From: a virus
Taxonomy: Duplodnaviria > Caudoviricetes
Reading direction: 5' to 3' (one strand)
DNA length: 64,000 nt
Virus record (IMG/VR): IMGVR_UViG_3300025018_000145
Span: 7,908-71,907 of that record
This document shows, in pieces, positions 47,907-58,151 of this stretch (position 1 is the first letter of the stretch; each line of letters starts with the position of its first letter). Below the pieces are notes generated by a model that was not told the DNA's origin, ran no database searches, and was given only the letters and a program-made list of their open reading frames with translations. The translations under genes were made by a program, and so were the position numbers.

Positions 47907-48952
47907 ATTAACGTATCCCAATCTTCTTCAACATTGAATATCATCATGTATCGGACACCGTCCGACTCACCAAATTGTCTATAAAAGGAAGTACCAACTT
48001 GCATAACACAATTAGCGTATTTACCGTTCGGAGTTATAAACTTTCTTTCAAATAAATTATTTGGTTGATATATTGGTGAATAACTCGGTACAATATTATT
48101 AAGCGAGATCAGTAAGCCAGGCATAACACCGCGATAGACAAGATCGACGGCATCGATTAATACACAATACGCAGTCTTTAGCGCGCTATTTCCAGGATCT
48201 CTCGTATTATTCACACCACCAGATAGAAAAGAAATAACGGCATTTGAAGACTTACATGCTGGAAATGATGATGAATAAAAGACAACTGAATCCGTAGAAC
48301 GCGTACCTATATAATTCCCAGCAGACATTATCGCCCCATTGCTGCTAAAAGCCGGTGTAGCCTGACTCTCACATACAGGCGGCGTGGCGATGGTGATGTT
48401 CGACCTAAAAGGAACGTCGGTGTTATATATAGTCCCAGATATCATAAATCGTTTATGGTCGTTCGGATTATATGCATTAATGTCACCGACATACGCATAT
48501 CCACTTGCACGCATAGTTAGATTAGCCAATACGTTCGCAGAGTTTATAATATAGAATTGCTTGTCGGTTCCGATAATCTGATAATCGACTGGATCTGCAC
48601 TGTTTGCACCAACACGAGTGCTCTTAATGAAACCGATTTCCATTCCAAACGGATTACCAATGACCATGTCACCAGTTAACGGCGCGGTCATATTTTCATA
48701 TGCGCGCAACGAACAAATAGAACCGTTTGAGTTAAATGTTAATGATGAATTATCAATGACTTCAAAATATGTACCCGTTCCGGTGTTTGCATTGTTACGA
48801 AATGCGATGACTGAGTTGGCGCTATCATCATGCTCGATTGTCCAACCTAACTGAGGTAACGCCCACTTAAGAACATTGTACATCGACCCATTATCACCAT
48901 CCAGTGTTGGTGCACCCACGTCCGTTGATTTTATAATTGTTGGAATTGCCAT
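47903..48952 (-). CDS. tail-tip/receptor-binding-type structural protein
   Basis: STDVGAPTLDG..GS...LK..L..LGW N-terminus resembles tail proteins of proteobacterial siphophages and prophages. Confidence 0.6.
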   Translation of the reverse strand: MAIPTIIKSTDVGAPTLDGDNGSMYNVLKWALPQLGWTIEHDDSANSVIAFRNNANTGTGTYFEVIDNSSLTFNSNGSICSLRAYENMTAPLTGDMVIGNPFGMEIGFIKSTRVGANSADPVDYQIIGTDKQFYIINSANVLANLTMRASGYAYVGDINAYNPNDHKRFMISGTIYNTDVPFRSNITIATPPVCESQATPAFSSNGAIMSAGNYIGTRSTDSVVFYSSSFPACKSSNAVISFLSGGVNNTRDPGNSALKTAYCVLIDAVDLVYRGVMPGLLISLNNIVPSYSPIYQPNNLFERKFITPNGKYANCVMQVGTSFYRQFGESDGVRYMMIFNVEEDWDTLI

Positions 48953-48983
48953 CTTATTCCTCTGATATCTTATTAGTTATTTA

Positions 48984-51900
48984 TTAGACATAAGTAAAAC
49001 CATCAATTAGCGTACCTACATTATTACCTTGTGTAACTGTTACGGTTACAACACCTGCTTCATTGAATGGTGTAGTTGCGTTAATTGTTGTTGTGTTTAC
49101 GACGATCGGATCGTCGAGTGGTGATTGTATTCCGAAAGTTATCGTAACTGGTGTCATTAGATCAAACCCGGTTCCTAATATTGCAACATCGGTACCACCT
49201 ATTGCACTACCAGTATTTGGTGTGATGCTTATCACCGAGAATTCTTCAACTTCTGGTTCATTTGATTGTTCTATGTCCGAATCGATCGATATGCTCATTT
49301 CGGACTGTGAAGTACTTACATAAGAACCAAATGGTTTTGTACCAGCTACATGCAGTACCTTTACTAATGTTTCTTTATATAATTCAAACGGTAATGCAGT
49401 TAAAATCTCATACGAATATTCTTGATAGTAATCGCTATCCTGTATGAACTTATCGGAACTTAAGAACGACTTACGATTTAGATGATAACCTTCACCAATA
49501 CCCGCTGTACCAAGATATACTCGGGCTGTTATCGTTTTACTTGAATCATTGATTGATGAAAGTGTTACAATTTCGCCATTTACGTAGCCGTAACCAGAAT
49601 CAACAATATTGAAATGAGTCGCAAATCCTTGACCAGATTGTGCGTCACTCTGTATGATCGCATTAAGACCAGTGCGCGCGTGTCGGCGTCTCTCTTTTAC
49701 ATCTACGATTGTAGTTGTCGTACCGGTGCCCTGTCCTTGTAATATTTCGCCAATAAGAAGATCTTCTTCACTTGACCCGTTTGATGCAACTGATATTCTC
49801 GTTGCATATAATGTTTTACGTATAAAATCGATTTCATATATACGCGCTTTCGCATTAGATGTAACACCAATAACGGTTTCATCTTTACGATACGTAGATG
49901 GCCCATCATATTGAATTTCATAATCATATCTTTCGAGATGAAAGGTTTTTGGTTCGTATATGATGTAGATTGGATCAACCGGGTACCCTTCACCTAGACT
50001 CGTTTCTGCGATTAACGACACCGATCCGATCGATAGATTCGTGAATGGTGTTGCATCTGCAATAATGTTTGCGTATCCAGCTGATGAACTCAACGACAGA
50101 TTATAATCTGTCGTATTAATCGTTTGCCCTAAATCAACAGTATTGATTATGTCATTACTATATGCATACTCAAGAGTTGTGACGTCAGAATATCCAGTGA
50201 TTCGAATATTTGCTTCATTTTCATATGTAAAGTTACCTGACAATATACCAGATAAACCAGAATTAATGCCGTATATCGTTGCACTATTATAGAACGTATT
50301 GATAGGATTCACGACACCAACGAGAGTATTTGCGAATGAAATTGGGTTGATATTCGCTGAGTCGTTTGTTCGTCGAATGTCTAAATTCGATCTAAAGAAA
50401 CCAGTATTATATTCGATCGTGCTCGTATATGTTAAATTTGCATTTTGTGTTGTCACGACAACTACACCATTCGCAATTTCGCGAAGTACTCCATTAATCG
50501 TCGCATCTTGAGCAACAAGATCGCCAGTCGATAATATGTCATTATTACTATCATATGTAATTTCAACAGTGCGATTTGTTCCTATTACGTTTGCTGTCGC
50601 CGAAACATCAATTACCGCGATTGTGTTCGATGACACGGAGTTTGATTCAATCACGACGATTGAATCAAGTGTAAGTGGAAAAGGCTCAAGCGATAACTCA
50701 TCATAAGGCACGAGATCTAGTACGTTTCCGCCCAATGGTACATCGGTGAAATAATTTATGATTAGGATTGTGTTACTCGGTGTTGTATTATCAACGGTTA
50801 GAATCGTTCCACTCACAACCACTTCATCAAATGGATCTTTGAGTTCAACCGATTCGCCAACCGAGAAAACATCGTTAGCGACTTCAACTTCAATTAAATC
50901 TTGACGAATTGTTTCAAATTGTTCAGCTATATCATTTAGAAAATAGAATTCAGTGTTTTCGTTTGTGATGTCATTAACGCGAAGCATTCGGTCTGAACTT
51001 AAAACTTGCGCATTGGATGTATAACCCCACCCACCACTTAATAATTCAAAATCAATACTACCTTGTGTTTCACGCACATCTGATATGCGCGCTCGACCAT
51101 CGCGACCAGTACCGTTGGTTATTTTGACATCTTCGCCAACAATGAAACCTGAATCAGATGTCATCACTTCAAGAAACGTCAATGATCCATTGATTTTCGT
51201 TGTGACGTTTGTTGATAGATCACGAGTTTCAATTTGTTCGCCCGTTCTAAAAACGCCATCAACATTCGATATGAAAAGTACCGTGATGAAGTGAGCACCT
51301 TTTTTAACTCGGATCAAACGCTCGGCGTAAGCAGTTGCACCACTTAAGGTACCATATATAACCTGCCCAACGAAACTGATGTTCGTTTCATTCGGCTGTA
51401 TTTCAAGATATCTTACATTTACCCATTCGTTATCCGATGGGCGAAATAAATCATCGCCTGGATAATATACATTAGCTTCAAATCCATAAATGAGTTTGAA
51501 GAATAGATCAACTGCACGCTCAGTTCCTTTTGCGCGATAGAAATCAAGTGAATTCTTAATAAACAATTCTTTGTTTGATACAGTTGTGAACTGTATATTA
51601 GGCAAAAACTGTTTCTTAAATTGAAGAATGAATGTGTCGAGAGTTGTATCAATGTCTCTTATTTCAGATAGTCTACGTGCGAAATACAACGGGTTTGATT
51701 TCTTTTCGCCAAGAACAAGTGACGCCCCACCACTGCTTGATGTTAATCTCGTGTTATTATTGCAGAATCGATTACAGTCGAAAAAACTGAATTCATTGTT
51801 CTCGATGAAGATTGAATTATTCTTTACAGAAACAATCTTACCGACAGTTTCGTTTTGCGTAATTGTATCGCCTACGTTGAAATTTGTCGCATCTTCGAGA

Positions 51901-52037
51901 ATCAATTCCTGAAAATTATTGCTCATCCATTCATAGTATGCTTTTGTAAATGCAATGAATAATGGCGACTCTTCACGATAGAATGAAGGAAACTGTTGCT
52001 CGATTAACGGCGCAATGTTTTTCTCAAATGGTATCAT
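48984..52037 (-). CDS. gp7: baseplate wedge initiator gp7-like with C-terminal IPT/TIG domain
   Basis: QQFPSFYRE...F.KAYYEW, FYRAKGT, IQDSDYYQEYSY and HVAGTK; terminal SITPNTG...TP. Confidence 0.8.
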   Translation of the reverse strand: MIPFEKNIAPLIEQQFPSFYREESPLFIAFTKAYYEWMSNNFQELILEDATNFNVGDTITQNETVGKIVSVKNNSIFIENNEFSFFDCNRFCNNNTRLTSSSGGASLVLGEKKSNPLYFARRLSEIRDIDTTLDTFILQFKKQFLPNIQFTTVSNKELFIKNSLDFYRAKGTERAVDLFFKLIYGFEANVYYPGDDLFRPSDNEWVNVRYLEIQPNETNISFVGQVIYGTLSGATAYAERLIRVKKGAHFITVLFISNVDGVFRTGEQIETRDLSTNVTTKINGSLTFLEVMTSDSGFIVGEDVKITNGTGRDGRARISDVRETQGSIDFELLSGGWGYTSNAQVLSSDRMLRVNDITNENTEFYFLNDIAEQFETIRQDLIEVEVANDVFSVGESVELKDPFDEVVVSGTILTVDNTTPSNTILIINYFTDVPLGGNVLDLVPYDELSLEPFPLTLDSIVVIESNSVSSNTIAVIDVSATANVIGTNRTVEITYDSNNDILSTGDLVAQDATINGVLREIANGVVVVTTQNANLTYTSTIEYNTGFFRSNLDIRRTNDSANINPISFANTLVGVVNPINTFYNSATIYGINSGLSGILSGNFTYENEANIRITGYSDVTTLEYAYSNDIINTVDLGQTINTTDYNLSLSSSAGYANIIADATPFTNLSIGSVSLIAETSLGEGYPVDPIYIIYEPKTFHLERYDYEIQYDGPSTYRKDETVIGVTSNAKARIYEIDFIRKTLYATRISVASNGSSEEDLLIGEILQGQGTGTTTTIVDVKERRRHARTGLNAIIQSDAQSGQGFATHFNIVDSGYGYVNGEIVTLSSINDSSKTITARVYLGTAGIGEGYHLNRKSFLSSDKFIQDSDYYQEYSYEILTALPFELYKETLVKVLHVAGTKPFGSYVSTSQSEMSISIDSDIEQSNEPEVEEFSVISITPNTGSAIGGTDVAILGTGFDLMTPVTITFGIQSPLDDPIVVNTTTINATTPFNEAGVVTVTVTQGNNVGTLIDGFTYV

Positions 52038-53824
52038 TGACTACGAACCTGTGAAACACTTACATTAATATCATTATCGCGGATGCTTAATATTGTTCGT
52101 CTCTGTGATGTAATATCCTTTTCGAGTGTTCGTGCCGTTAATTCAACTGAAGTACCACTTAATAGATTCTGTGGATTGAAATTTTCAAGTTGAACTAAAC
52201 CACTCGCATAATCAACGACGCCGACGTTACGTATAATGCTTGTCGCTGATTCCTGATTTGTCATAATTCGCACAATGCCATCGCCATCGTCTTCAAGAAA
52301 ACATTCGACACCATTGAATAGAAACGGCGTTGAACGGATAATGGAAATTTCATTCGACGGACGAACAGTTGCTAATTGGCCAATAATATCTTGTAGTGTC
52401 ATACCAAAATCAATATCATAATTCATTGGTGTGCCGACGATCGGATCGAATAATTTAACAGCGAACAATTCTGTATCATTACTAATAATCGACTTTTGTG
52501 CGCTGTCGATCAGTGATACAAGATTACTGTAATATAGAGTCTTATTGAATCCGTTTAGATTAACGACATTATAGTTTTGAATTGTTGATGTTATGATCGT
52601 TCGTATATCATTTGCGCTCAATGCGGTTTCATTAATGTTATACTTAACTAATGATTTGACCTTTACATATGTGAACTCGGGATTCACAAACACCGGATCG
52701 ATTGAAAGTGGGCTTCTTCGCTTTAGAAAATTTCGATATACGGTTCTACGTGATGCCGGTATTTGATCAGTCGTCTTAAGATCAATCGCAACAATAACTT
52801 TGCCATATTGTGGTGGGTTTGCTTCTTCACCGCCATACGCACTAACTGCATTTATTTCCGAGAAGTTATTTGTTAATAGTGTTTCGTAGTCTGCGCCTGT
52901 CACAACGCGTTCTTGTGTAGTGAATGCTCGCGGTGCATTTAATTTAATCGACGACAGACTTTCCGGAATCGAACCACCAGCCGATTTAGCATTTGTTGAT
53001 AGGAGCACACTCGTAGAATCACCAATTGTATCGTCAGCAACAAAACGGCCGATTCCGTTCGGCAATTCGCCGTTACATACTCGATATTCAATTACGACAA
53101 TTGATCGATCTTTTGGTTTTCGACCAATAACACCATCGCCAAACACAATCTCATATGTTTCATTTTCCGCCGGCTGAATAAAGAATACTTGTGACGTACT
53201 ATCTAATTCAAATAACGTTCGTGATGGTGAATATGATAAAACCGTTTCACCATTATCTTCAATCACTGATACGATAATGCTGTTCGTATCAACGGTTCGG
53301 TTTGTTATTAGATATCGTGATTCGTTTGATGAATCTACTGTATATGAATCCCGCGTATAATCGCCTTCATATAAGATGACATCGCGCGCAATAAATTCCG
53401 AACCATTCGATTCAGTGATTATGTTTTCGTTTGTTGTGAATGTAAAATTGCGATTTCCAGAAGTTCCAGTAAATGATGTACCTCGTGGAATTACTAATGA
53501 TGCAGCGTTACTACCGAGAATTCGAATATTGACATTCGCGGTTGCTGAGCGAAATGATCGTGGTAGATAGTTGAGCTCTTTTGCATGCGAGATGATTGAA
53601 TCACGAAGTAATGCAGTGTCAAGAAACATTTCATTCGCAATCATGTTTAAATAGAATGCATTTAGATTCGTATTATATGATAATACGTCGAGCAAGACAT
53701 TGATATTCGATGCATCGAAATCGTAGTCACGAAAGATGTCCTGTGACTTAAGATACTCTTTTAGATTCGACTTAATCGAATCGAAATCTAATGTAGTTAA
53801 ATCTTTACTTGAATTTATTGACAT
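52034..53824 (-). CDS. gp6: baseplate wedge gp6
   Basis: LDFDSIKSNLKEYL, NEMFLDTA and QERVVT..DYE. Confidence 0.96.
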   Translation of the reverse strand: MSINSSKDLTTLDFDSIKSNLKEYLKSQDIFRDYDFDASNINVLLDVLSYNTNLNAFYLNMIANEMFLDTALLRDSIISHAKELNYLPRSFRSATANVNIRILGSNAASLVIPRGTSFTGTSGNRNFTFTTNENIITESNGSEFIARDVILYEGDYTRDSYTVDSSNESRYLITNRTVDTNSIIVSVIEDNGETVLSYSPSRTLFELDSTSQVFFIQPAENETYEIVFGDGVIGRKPKDRSIVVIEYRVCNGELPNGIGRFVADDTIGDSTSVLLSTNAKSAGGSIPESLSSIKLNAPRAFTTQERVVTGADYETLLTNNFSEINAVSAYGGEEANPPQYGKVIVAIDLKTTDQIPASRRTVYRNFLKRRSPLSIDPVFVNPEFTYVKVKSLVKYNINETALSANDIRTIITSTIQNYNVVNLNGFNKTLYYSNLVSLIDSAQKSIISNDTELFAVKLFDPIVGTPMNYDIDFGMTLQDIIGQLATVRPSNEISIIRSTPFLFNGVECFLEDDGDGIVRIMTNQESATSIIRNVGVVDYASGLVQLENFNPQNLLSGTSVELTARTLEKDITSQRRTILSIRDNDINVSVSQVRSQ

Positions 53825-54258
53825 TATCTGACTCTATATAATGTTAGATTGATTTCTTGACGATTCTGCGAAGTTATAACACTGAACACAATAGTAACAT
53901 CGAGGGTGTTATTGTTTTCGTCGGATGTTACTGTTACGTCAAGCACTCGCGCGCGTGGTTCATAGTTCGTTATAATTGAACGTATTTGATCTTCAATTTC
54001 ACCACCAATAGTCGTCGAGAAATTTTCAAACAAGTATCGTCGAACATTACCACCAAATTCCGGATTTCGTAATCGTTCATATTTATTTGTAAGAATAAGA
54101 TTACGAATTGACATCTTTACAGCATCGACGTTTGTTCTGCGTGTAATTTGCCCGGTGAACGGGTGTGGTAGAAATGACTGATCGAAATCGCTATAGATCT
54201 GATAATTAGACCCGGTTTGCTTATATCGATCTTCATCTTTTACTTTTCTTGCGCTCAT
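53824..54258 (-). CDS. gp25: baseplate wedge gp25
   Basis: AVKMSIRNLILT...ER...PEFG...LFE and YEPRA. Confidence 0.95.
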   Translation of the reverse strand: MSARKVKDEDRYKQTGSNYQIYSDFDQSFLPHPFTGQITRRTNVDAVKMSIRNLILTNKYERLRNPEFGGNVRRYLFENFSTTIGGEIEDQIRSIITNYEPRARVLDVTVTSDENNNTLDVTIVFSVITSQNRQEINLTLYRVR

Positions 54259-54265
54259 ACGTTAT

Positions 54266-54979
54266 TTATCCTGTGTTAGCGGCAACACCGACGATTACCC
54301 CGTCCGAAATTACGAGAGATGACGTATCTCCTAGTACCACATTACCACTAAAGAACACTTCCTCTTCAAAATCACTCTTGGCGAAATCGTTTACTTGCTG
54401 TTCAATTGCTGGGAATGCGCTCTGTGCACTTGTTAGAAAATTCTCTAGTGTATCGGTTACGATGCGCTGATTCAAAGGATTCTCTAAAAGAACTTCTAGC
54501 TGCATCTGTGCTAATTCAATACGTGTTAAAGCATCATCGATCGGCTGTGTTAAATTATTGATCTGTACTTCAACACGATAACGTAATTGACCCATAATAC
54601 CAAATTCAATACATCGCTCCAATCGATCTTGTGCACCTATAATTGCATTACTTAACGCTTGTAGAGAATTAATAAACGACACGAGTTGAATGACTAGATT
54701 AATCAGTGCTTCAAGCTGTGGCATGATCATACCACCAACGAATTTCTTAATATATTTGAGAATTTGTCTTGGTGATGGCTTCGGCAGGTTCAATAGCGGC
54801 ATTATATTTTCAAGTATGTCACCCTGTGTCTGTATCTTTGCTCGTATAATATCTTCAATCGCGTTGAGATAGCTTTCAAATATAAGTGATAATGCTGCAC
54901 AATCTGTTGCATTATTGATCTGTTTAGTTAGATCATCTATCTGTTGCTGATTTATTATGAGTGTACCTTGTAATGACAT
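54266..54979 (-). CDS. helical hypothetical protein downstream of gp5
   Basis: Mostly amphipathic helix, with a C-terminal VISDGVIVGV beta motif. Confidence 0.65.
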   Translation of the reverse strand: MSLQGTLIINQQQIDDLTKQINNATDCAALSLIFESYLNAIEDIIRAKIQTQGDILENIMPLLNLPKPSPRQILKYIKKFVGGMIMPQLEALINLVIQLVSFINSLQALSNAIIGAQDRLERCIEFGIMGQLRYRVEVQINNLTQPIDDALTRIELAQMQLEVLLENPLNQRIVTDTLENFLTSAQSAFPAIEQQVNDFAKSDFEEEVFFSGNVVLGDTSSLVISDGVIVGVAANTG

Positions 54980-54989
54980 ACAATGAACC

Positions 54990-55994
54990 TTAATATATGT
55001 TTGTGACTATACCGTCTTGAACAGTTACGATCTGCCCAGACAGCGTTATGAATGATCCGGTTGCACCTTTCTTAGTACCTAAAGAACCCTCGACATATAA
55101 ACTACCATCTGTAATTGTTACGCCACCGGGTGCAGCAATTGAAAGACCGCCTTTTGTGAGTATCTTTGCATGTCCCTTGATTTCAAGATTCCAATTTCCT
55201 TGAATATATTCATTATGATTCTTGTTTACGATATTATACGAATCGTTAACCGTTTTAACTACACGCCGGCCATCTTCATTAATTTCTTCATATGAACCTG
55301 ATTTATGCCAAACATGAATTCGTTCGTGTCCTGGTGTATCGTCAAGCTCGATTGCATGACCAGATTTTGTCGTATATGTTAAGTTATAAGGATATGTTAC
55401 ATCATATGCGGTGAATGGTTCGGTGACTATTTCGCCGCTTTCATATTTCTTGGGTAATGTCTGTCCACTTGAGCGATTACCTTCTTCGTCAATCGCGAAT
55501 CCACGCGCGAGAGCAGCGACATCACTGTGGAATTTTGGTTCTTCCGGTTCTTCTAATTGTAACATCGAAGTAACATTAGGATCGTCCGATGGTGGCTCAG
55601 GATATATTGACATTTTATGATACGTACCAAATATGATCGGTATATTTTCCTCGAATGCATCAAGATAAAAACCAAATACATACGTACCAACGGCAATACC
55701 TGTTGGTGATATTCCAACTGCGTCAATCCAATCTGGTGTATTAAATTCCTCTAAACCAGCATTTTCCTCTGTTAGTTTTCTCCAATTTAAACTCGATGAT
55801 TGTATTCCACTCAAGGGCCATGCCCATAATAGATCTTCGTTCACTACACCATGAGTGGATTTCTTTTTACCTAATTCGCCCGTCTGATCGTGCAAGACAC
55901 GAATTTGTACACGGCCCAAATATTCTGGGTCCATGATATTTGATATACGTGCAACGAACCACTTGAAATTATCTCCGAATTTATAATATGACAT
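54990..55994 (-). CDS. gp5: baseplate hub spike gp5 (OB fold + beta-helix, no lysozyme domain)
   Basis: DPEYLGRVQIRV, V.GFYLD, YPYN...TKSGH..E.DDTPGHERI...HKSGSY.E. Confidence 0.92.
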   Translation of the reverse strand: MSYYKFGDNFKWFVARISNIMDPEYLGRVQIRVLHDQTGELGKKKSTHGVVNEDLLWAWPLSGIQSSSLNWRKLTEENAGLEEFNTPDWIDAVGISPTGIAVGTYVFGFYLDAFEENIPIIFGTYHKMSIYPEPPSDDPNVTSMLQLEEPEEPKFHSDVAALARGFAIDEEGNRSSGQTLPKKYESGEIVTEPFTAYDVTYPYNLTYTTKSGHAIELDDTPGHERIHVWHKSGSYEEINEDGRRVVKTVNDSYNIVNKNHNEYIQGNWNLEIKGHAKILTKGGLSIAAPGGVTITDGSLYVEGSLGTKKGATGSFITLSGQIVTVQDGIVTNIY

Positions 55995-57283
55995 TACGCA
56001 ATACCCTTTCCTTGTAGGTTTGGTTTTCTCAAATCGAGATTCATATAATACGAGAACCTCCCATCATTCTGTCTTTTTTCTAACTTATGTGTTTGACTGA
56101 ATATGATATAATTCTGCGCAAAGATTTCTTGTTCGGGTGGTGCAATAGACGTACCAGTAATTTCAGGTATCGATAAACGTATTGTATCACCCAGTAATAT
56201 ATCGGTATCGCCGTATGTACGAAGATGAACTGAATATTGCTGTAACTTATCAGCAAATGGTCTCTTCATATGAATTGTTTTATTGTGTTCCATTTCTGGC
56301 CTAGTGCTATCCTTTACGACCATTTCACTTACTGCTGGAAATTCAGTAACGTAACCATTAAAAACATCACTGTTGAAATCAAACCACGATTCATCGATCT
56401 TTTTAAATTTAGGATTATCGACTAAGTTGATGTATTCCTTTTTCGAGTAATATGTACCAGTACGAATATCAAACTCACGAATCTGATTTCTCATTCTACC
56501 GCGCTTTACTTTTTCAATCGTCGTTCCTTGGTTTATTGTTCTGTAGCTTAATATGTTTCGATAGTTGATCACCTTATCATAAGGTGATGCTCGATTCGCG
56601 GTATCATAAACGAAAATATAATCAGGGCGTTTGGATTTTTCTTTACGATCTTCAATTAACTTTTCAAGTGTTAAAAATCGATATTGTTCATTGTCTTCAT
56701 AGAAGAAAAAGAGTGATGATTCGTTTCTTTCACCTGATACTGCACGCTCACGTACGAGATCGATTACTTGTAACGGCCGCACCGCATTCACTACATAATC
56801 AAACTTACCTTTAGTCGTTTCAATTTCAACTGACTTATTTGTCTTGAGTTCTTCATTCATAATGCCGGCGATCGCGGCATCATAGTTCATATTCGTGAAG
56901 CGGCGTGAAAACAAATGAAAGCTATTCTTGAGGTAATCTTCGGTTACACAACGAAGAACATATGATTTAATAAGAGAATTGTCCGCAGTAATCTGATTAT
57001 CAATTGATTCAACAAACAGCTTAACTGATATTTCTTTTCTTAATGGTGTTTGAAATGAAAACTCGATGAACTCTTCCCCATTCATTGGGAAATTGTTAAT
57101 GAGTTCGACGCCTTCAGCTAAGTATATGTCAGCTGATAGCGTTGCATTCGTCAATGATTCATGTAAATATATCTGTGTAACTAAGTTGTAAATGTTACGA
57201 GCCTCACCACCTGAGAATTTGCTTAACATAATTTCGTCATTTGCAATTATGACATCTGATACATCATATGGTATATTACTCAT
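55994..57283 (-). CDS. baseplate hub protein (gp27/Mu gp44-like)
   Basis: Position upstream of gp5; FFFYED...FLTLEKL and GDT.I.LGD.I.L motifs. Confidence 0.7.
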   Translation of the reverse strand: MSNIPYDVSDVIIANDEIMLSKFSGGEARNIYNLVTQIYLHESLTNATLSADIYLAEGVELINNFPMNGEEFIEFSFQTPLRKEISVKLFVESIDNQITADNSLIKSYVLRCVTEDYLKNSFHLFSRRFTNMNYDAAIAGIMNEELKTNKSVEIETTKGKFDYVVNAVRPLQVIDLVRERAVSGERNESSLFFFYEDNEQYRFLTLEKLIEDRKEKSKRPDYIFVYDTANRASPYDKVINYRNILSYRTINQGTTIEKVKRGRMRNQIREFDIRTGTYYSKKEYINLVDNPKFKKIDESWFDFNSDVFNGYVTEFPAVSEMVVKDSTRPEMEHNKTIHMKRPFADKLQQYSVHLRTYGDTDILLGDTIRLSIPEITGTSIAPPEQEIFAQNYIIFSQTHKLEKRQNDGRFSYYMNLDLRKPNLQGKGIA

Positions 57284-57284
57284 A

Positions 57285-58151
57285 TTATTTTAGAGTATCT
57301 CTTAGTTGTTTATTTAACTTTGGCGTATATGATTCGTCGACTAAATAAATTTCACGTCTATTTTCATTCTGCTGTTCTTCAAAATCAAAGCATGAAACCG
57401 GTGAAAAATATACTTGTTCGTCTGTTGGTATAACATTGATCAATGTTTTTGTCGTCGACACAATAACTGTTGCATTTGCGCTCGATTCTTCACCACGAAT
57501 TGTGAAGTTTGTGTTACTTGAAAAGTCGCCGTTTATGTGCTGTACTATAATCGATGTATTCGTATATGAAGTGATTTCAGCGAACACTGAATTGTTTGAT
57601 GTCGATTCAATGACTTCACCTTCTTTAAAATCGCCATTAACATTTGTGATGTCAAATGATATGATCTTGTTTGTAGATGCAATATAGCTTTCTTGTGTTC
57701 GTTCATAACCCGCAATACCAACAACGCTTAACACCGGCTGCCAATATTTCTTTCGTGATCCCGGTTGTGCTTCATATGCTGATGTTGATAATACAGAATC
57801 GTCACCAACATAATTGTTTTTATAGTGAATCGTTTTACGTTTAGCATTACGCACTGATCCATATTTGTTTTTTATATATTCTTCAAATGAATCGTAGTCG
57901 AGTGGAACTTGATAATACGGGTCAATGATATCGTTCGCGTGATATATGATCCAATCAAAATCGACATCATCATAATAGTTGAATGCTAAGTTTTCAATAC
58001 GATCGTCGTATCGCAATGTGTATGTATAGAAGGCAGTGACAAAATTCTTAACACGAGAATTAAATGCAACTCTCTTAGTAATATCAATTGCGGGCGTACT
58101 TTTATAATCGACGAAGGGAAACTTTTCGAAGTATCTATTCTGTCTTGACAT
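57285..58151 (-). CDS. gp53: baseplate wedge gp53 (LysM-like)
   Basis: YFEKFP, DRIENLA..YY.D....WII..AN.I.DPY and ENRREI.L. Confidence 0.9.
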   Translation of the reverse strand: MSRQNRYFEKFPFVDYKSTPAIDITKRVAFNSRVKNFVTAFYTYTLRYDDRIENLAFNYYDDVDFDWIIYHANDIIDPYYQVPLDYDSFEEYIKNKYGSVRNAKRKTIHYKNNYVGDDSVLSTSAYEAQPGSRKKYWQPVLSVVGIAGYERTQESYIASTNKIISFDITNVNGDFKEGEVIESTSNNSVFAEITSYTNTSIIVQHINGDFSSNTNFTIRGEESSANATVIVSTTKTLINVIPTDEQVYFSPVSCFDFEEQQNENRREIYLVDESYTPKLNKQLRDTLK

